DNA from: Amoebidium appalachense
Lineage: Eukaryota > Protista > Ichthyosporea
NCBI GenBank assembly: GCA_963693365.1
Contig: CAVNZM010000015.1
Span: 3,787,002-3,851,001, forward strand
Direction: 5' to 3'
DNA length: 64,000 bases
Positions 55,766 through 64,000 of the stretch are shown piece by piece. Every line of letters starts with the position of its first letter. Position 1 is the first letter of the stretch. Both the position numbers and the translations under genes were made by a program. Under the pieces are notes generated by a model, which made no database searches, was not told where the DNA came from, and was given only the letters and a program-made list of their open reading frames with translations.

Positions 55766-55924
55766 TCCTTAAGAATAAGGCTTTTTTCTGGCCCCTGATA
55801 TGGCTGCCCCACCCGATCGGAAAGTTCAAGTGCAACAGTACTCAAACAATTAGCCCCCCTCACGGTGGTCCTCCCCCCCGCCTTCTTCCCCCTCCACCCT
55901 CCCGGACCTCCCCCTCTCCCCCCG

Positions 55925-55956
<32 letters not shown>

Positions 55957-56212
55957 CCCCCCCCGGGGTCCCCCCCGCCTCCCCCCCCCCCCCACCTCCC
56001 CGCTCCCCCCTCCCCCAAAGGACACCCTCCTCTGGATTTGTTCCCCCTGCCCACCGCTCCATTCTCCCCGCCCCCCTCCCCCCCCCCCCCCGTGCACCCC
56101 AAAGCGCCCCCCCCCCCCCCTCACCACCCCCCCCCCCCCCCCCCCCCCCCTCCCCACCCCCCTTCACCCCCTTCACGTGCAACCCCATCCCACGGCTGAT
56201 GTCGATACACAG

Positions 56213-56251
<39 letters not shown>

Positions 56252-56651
56252 TCCCCCCCCCCCCGCCCCCCCCCAATTGTAGCACCGAAACTCAGGACTC
56301 TCCCCCCCCCCCCCACCCCCTTGCCCAAGCCCCTCCTTTTTTTGCGCCGCTGTCACAAGTTGGACATGCCTCCACGTGTGCTAGATTAGGTAATAATGCA
56401 CATTGTGTGTTGAATTATGCCTGTATGCACTTGAATATTCACATGTGGTGTGCAGGGAGCTCAGTAGTCTAAGCTCGCGGCACGCATATGCATGATGAAT
56501 AGGTGGACTCGGATAGGTGGGTGGGTTCGTTTCTCCCCCCCATTTTCTCTTTTTTTCTTTTCAAGGGTTGCTTTGTGGATGTCTGTGTGTGTGTGTGTGT
56601 GTGCGTGTGTGTGTGTTTTGACACTGCGTGAATCCCATGCGTGTCTGTATC

Positions 56652-56689
<38 letters not shown>

Positions 56690-56756
56690 GGAGGTGAGCC
56701 TGGATGGGAGAGTATCACTGGGCGGATTCAGCTTTTCTGATTTGCTATTTTTTTTT

Positions 56757-56824
<68 letters not shown>

Positions 56825-56825
56825 C

Positions 56826-56887
<62 letters not shown>

Positions 56888-56906
56888 TGTGTGTACGTGT
56901 ACGTGT

Positions 56907-56957
<51 letters not shown>

Positions 56958-57307
56958 GGGGGGGTAGGTGGCAGGTTTCTCGGGCTTCATCCACCCATTT
57001 ATATTCAAAAAAGAGTGACCGTGTACCTTGACACACACTGCACCACATCCATACAAATACAAAAATAACAATCATAATACTATAATACTAAAAAGAGAAA
57101 GATATACAAAAATGAAACAAAACATCAATACACAGCCGGTTTATTTTGTTGCTATTGACATTTTCCCGAGGAATATTTTCCCAGCTAAATGCCAGTCGCA
57201 ACCGACGAGCAATTTGGGTAAAACACTATAACAATATTTCATGATCAACACCAAGGGGAGAGAAAAAGGGACATTCAGTTGAGAAAAACACCTTTTGAAC
57301 TAGGTGT

Positions 57308-57387
<80 letters not shown>

Positions 57388-57479
57388 TGTGCGGGCGTGT
57401 GCGCGCGCGCACGCCCGTGTGTGTGTTAGCGTACATTGTGTGTTGTGTGCCCCTGCTTTTGTGTGTATACATGTAGCCT

Positions 57480-57548
<69 letters not shown>

Positions 57549-58545
57549 CGCACGCACGTGTGTTAGCGTACATTGTGCGTGTGTGCCCCAGCTTTTGTGT
57601 GTATACATGTAGCCTACCAGTTTGTGTTGCGCGCGCGGGTGTGTGTGTGTATGTGTGCGCACGCGCATGTGATAGCGTACACATATGTCTGTGTGCGCAC
57701 GTGCATGTATGTACGTGTGTGCATGTGCGCGCGCATGCGCCTAAAGCGGGCCCATGAACACTTGCACAAGGTACGGTATTGCGTCTCTGTCGTGTATTAT
57801 CATACACAAAAAATTAAAGACGTACTCCTTATGTGCCTGTGCACAACTTTCTCATCTCAAATAATCCGAAAAAAGCCAACAAATCCCGATATGTAACGGA
57901 TTAATGAGCAAGAGGCACTTCATAAAAGGGGTCTACTGACATGAAACGAACTCTTAAGGCCAAAATCTATACTTGAAACAGAACAAAAGCAAACAGCATA
58001 CAACCACATACACCCAACACCGAAAAGCTCAGAGGTGTCACGTCAACACACTTAAAGACCCCCCCCCCCCCCCCCCCCCCACACACACCCTCAACATAAC
58101 CTCTTCCCCGAGCACCCCCCCCCCCCCCTCTCCCCCTTCTCCCCCCCCCCCCCCACCACACACACACACACACCCCACCCATCAATACTAACAACCCCCC
58201 CCCCCCCCCGCCCCCCTTCCCCCCTCATCTCCTCCCTCCATCTCCTTCCCCACGACACCCCTTCTGTCATCCTCCCGTGTATTGCACACCACCCACCACT
58301 CAGGGTCTCTGTCTGTCCTCTTCTCGGTCTCGACGTCACTCTGACGTAAGTGCTGACGTCATTACAAGTCACTCACGGCCGGCCGAAACCGAAAGAAACC
58401 GAGCGCACTGATTGACTTCATCGGCTCTTACCATATATGGAATGTCTATTTCTTGAAAAAACGACATACATCCATACCAGGTAAATCCCGCGCATTCCAT
58501 TGTAAAACGCCGACATTTTTGTCCCTACCTTTAGTTGATCTTAGC

Positions 58546-62455
<3,910 letters not shown>

Positions 62456-63194
62456 GTCTTAGCCCCCCAAAACGTACGCTGCTATTGAGCGATAAAACAC
62501 ATGTTTGTGTCCGTGGTGTATTCAAGTGTGGCTGGCGCCGTAAGCGTAGAAGCAACCCTATGAGCGTTAGGAATAAAGATCGCAGGGAGGATTCCTCGGT
62601 TTTCAGCCAGCTATAACCCGAGAGCAAAACATGAAATAAGCTAATTTTGTTATGACTTGTAATTAAGAGCTGGCTTAGTCAAAGTAGAGAAAGACTAGTG
62701 TGTGCCTGTGCTCTACAGATTCCTGGATCAGAAATAATGCTGAAGATGAACATCAAAAAAAATTCGTGGAAACAAGCAAGATCCTGCCTTGATCGAAACA
62801 CAAGAACCTAAACTTGTGGTATGACTGTTGGGCCGATGCCATAAGGGAATGTTATGTAGCGGTCAAGAAACGATCATCCCTCCCGAGTTTCCGAACTGAT
62901 GTCTTAATTGCCTCAGTCAAGTGAAAAAACCCCTTAGTTAGTTACACTTCTGTATATTCGTACAAATTTCCCTTCATCTAAAAATCTTTCTACCGTTCAA
63001 CCTTGCGTCGAATCGTTCAACACACACAACAAACCTTCACGAGTTTCAATGAGTTTCAATCAAGTTGTAAGAACGAACGTCAGAACGAACACGGAACAAA
63101 CGTAGAAAACTTTCGCTTTGACCGGTACCGAGACCGTGAAAAAAAGGAGATCGTGAAGCGTGTTGGGATATTCGGGTTGGTTGTAAGGTTTTCC

Positions 63195-63340
63195 GGGTCG
63201 GGCCGAAGACCCTAACGGGCCGCAGGCCCGTCTATTGGGCCATAGGCCCTAGGCCGCGAGGCCTGGGGCCCGGGGCGCCGGGACCGGGGCCCCGACCCGG
63301 CCCGCGAGCCACCCCCGGCCCGGCCCGGCCCGCGGGGGGG
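63195..63340. other. GC-rich cluster of GGCC/GGCCC motifs and short palindromes
   Basis: More than ten GGCC cores within ~145 bp, ~0.75 kb upstream of the ATG at 62455; promoter element or transposon subterminus. Confidence 0.5.
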
Positions 63341-64000
63341 TTAGCAGCATGGAAAACCTAGGCCCAGAACCGGATACACCAAGATGTCAAGATGACAGGA
63401 CACAAGTCACATAAGGCACACGCGAACACGACACACACACCCACCCAGCGCGCGAGGCACGCGGGCACACGTGCACACGGGCACACCGGCACACGGGCAC
63501 CTGCCCGCGAGCCCGCGAGCGCCACCATGAGCAGTCGATGGATGCCCCATTTTAATGGTCCAATCAGATCGCGGCGCGGTCATACAATGCCAGTGCACAG
63601 TTTCAGCAGCCAATGAAATGTCGGAGAGCAAGCAGGTCCCAAACCAAAATCCTCGGACATGCCAGCTCGTACACAGTCTGCTCGTTCCTGACACGCCTGT
63701 AAACCGCTGTGTATGTTGATTGCACGATGCAGTGGTCTTCCCTTGCACCGGAACTCAAACTGAAAATTTTTACGTTGGACCTTTTGTATTCTGGGGTCGG
63801 CCCTACCCCACCAGGCACCATCGACAACCTCTTGCAAGCATACCGCGTGGCAAACCGGGTTGTTCTGCCTGAGTAATAAAGTAAACAAATAATGGACTTT
63901 GCACTGGATGCAAGCGCGCGAGGCACACAACGCACACGCGCACACAACACACACGCACACCCACGCGCGCGCGAGGCCTGCGAGGCACACGAGGCACACA

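Noticed and set aside
58331-58362. Cluster of three CRE-like TGACGT motifs
   Set aside because: Lies 3' of the nearest gene with no identifiable downstream target; may be chance.
63400-63999. Overlapping minus-strand ORFs at the right edge as a transposase
   Set aside because: No DDE, RT or other diagnostic motif is recognisable; truncated by the window edge.

Overview
Eukaryotic, intron-rich genomic DNA saturated with (CA)n/(TG)n/(GA)n microsatellites and C/G homopolymers. Almost all ORFs in the supplied track (His-Thr, Cys-Val, poly-Pro/Gly) are artefacts of these repeats. Manual GT-AG exon stitching gives: (1) the 5' end of an unknown minus-strand gene, head-to-head with (2) a ~32-exon RAD54L2/ARIP4-type SNF2 helicase gene (2127-30892); (3) two diverged homologues of an unrecognised protein family, one disrupted, at ~34.2-35.0 kb (-) and ~37.5-37.9 kb (+); (4) a tandem pair of highly divergent 7-exon T-box genes (39570-44027 intact; 48654-54183 with a single TGA at the conserved T-box Trp and a GC donor); (5) a partly resolved minus-strand gene (62455 to ~58546) with HxRxxS motifs and hydrophobic C-terminal helices. 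Introns also hold two MITEs, decayed duplications of splice-acceptor regions, and a dispersed repeat whose ~155-nt core folds as a three-way junction with covarying stems. T-box plus ARIP4 with this intron style suggests a non-animal opisthokont (e.g. a unicellular holozoan); this is inference only. Homopolymer length errors in the assembly may explain some frameshifts.
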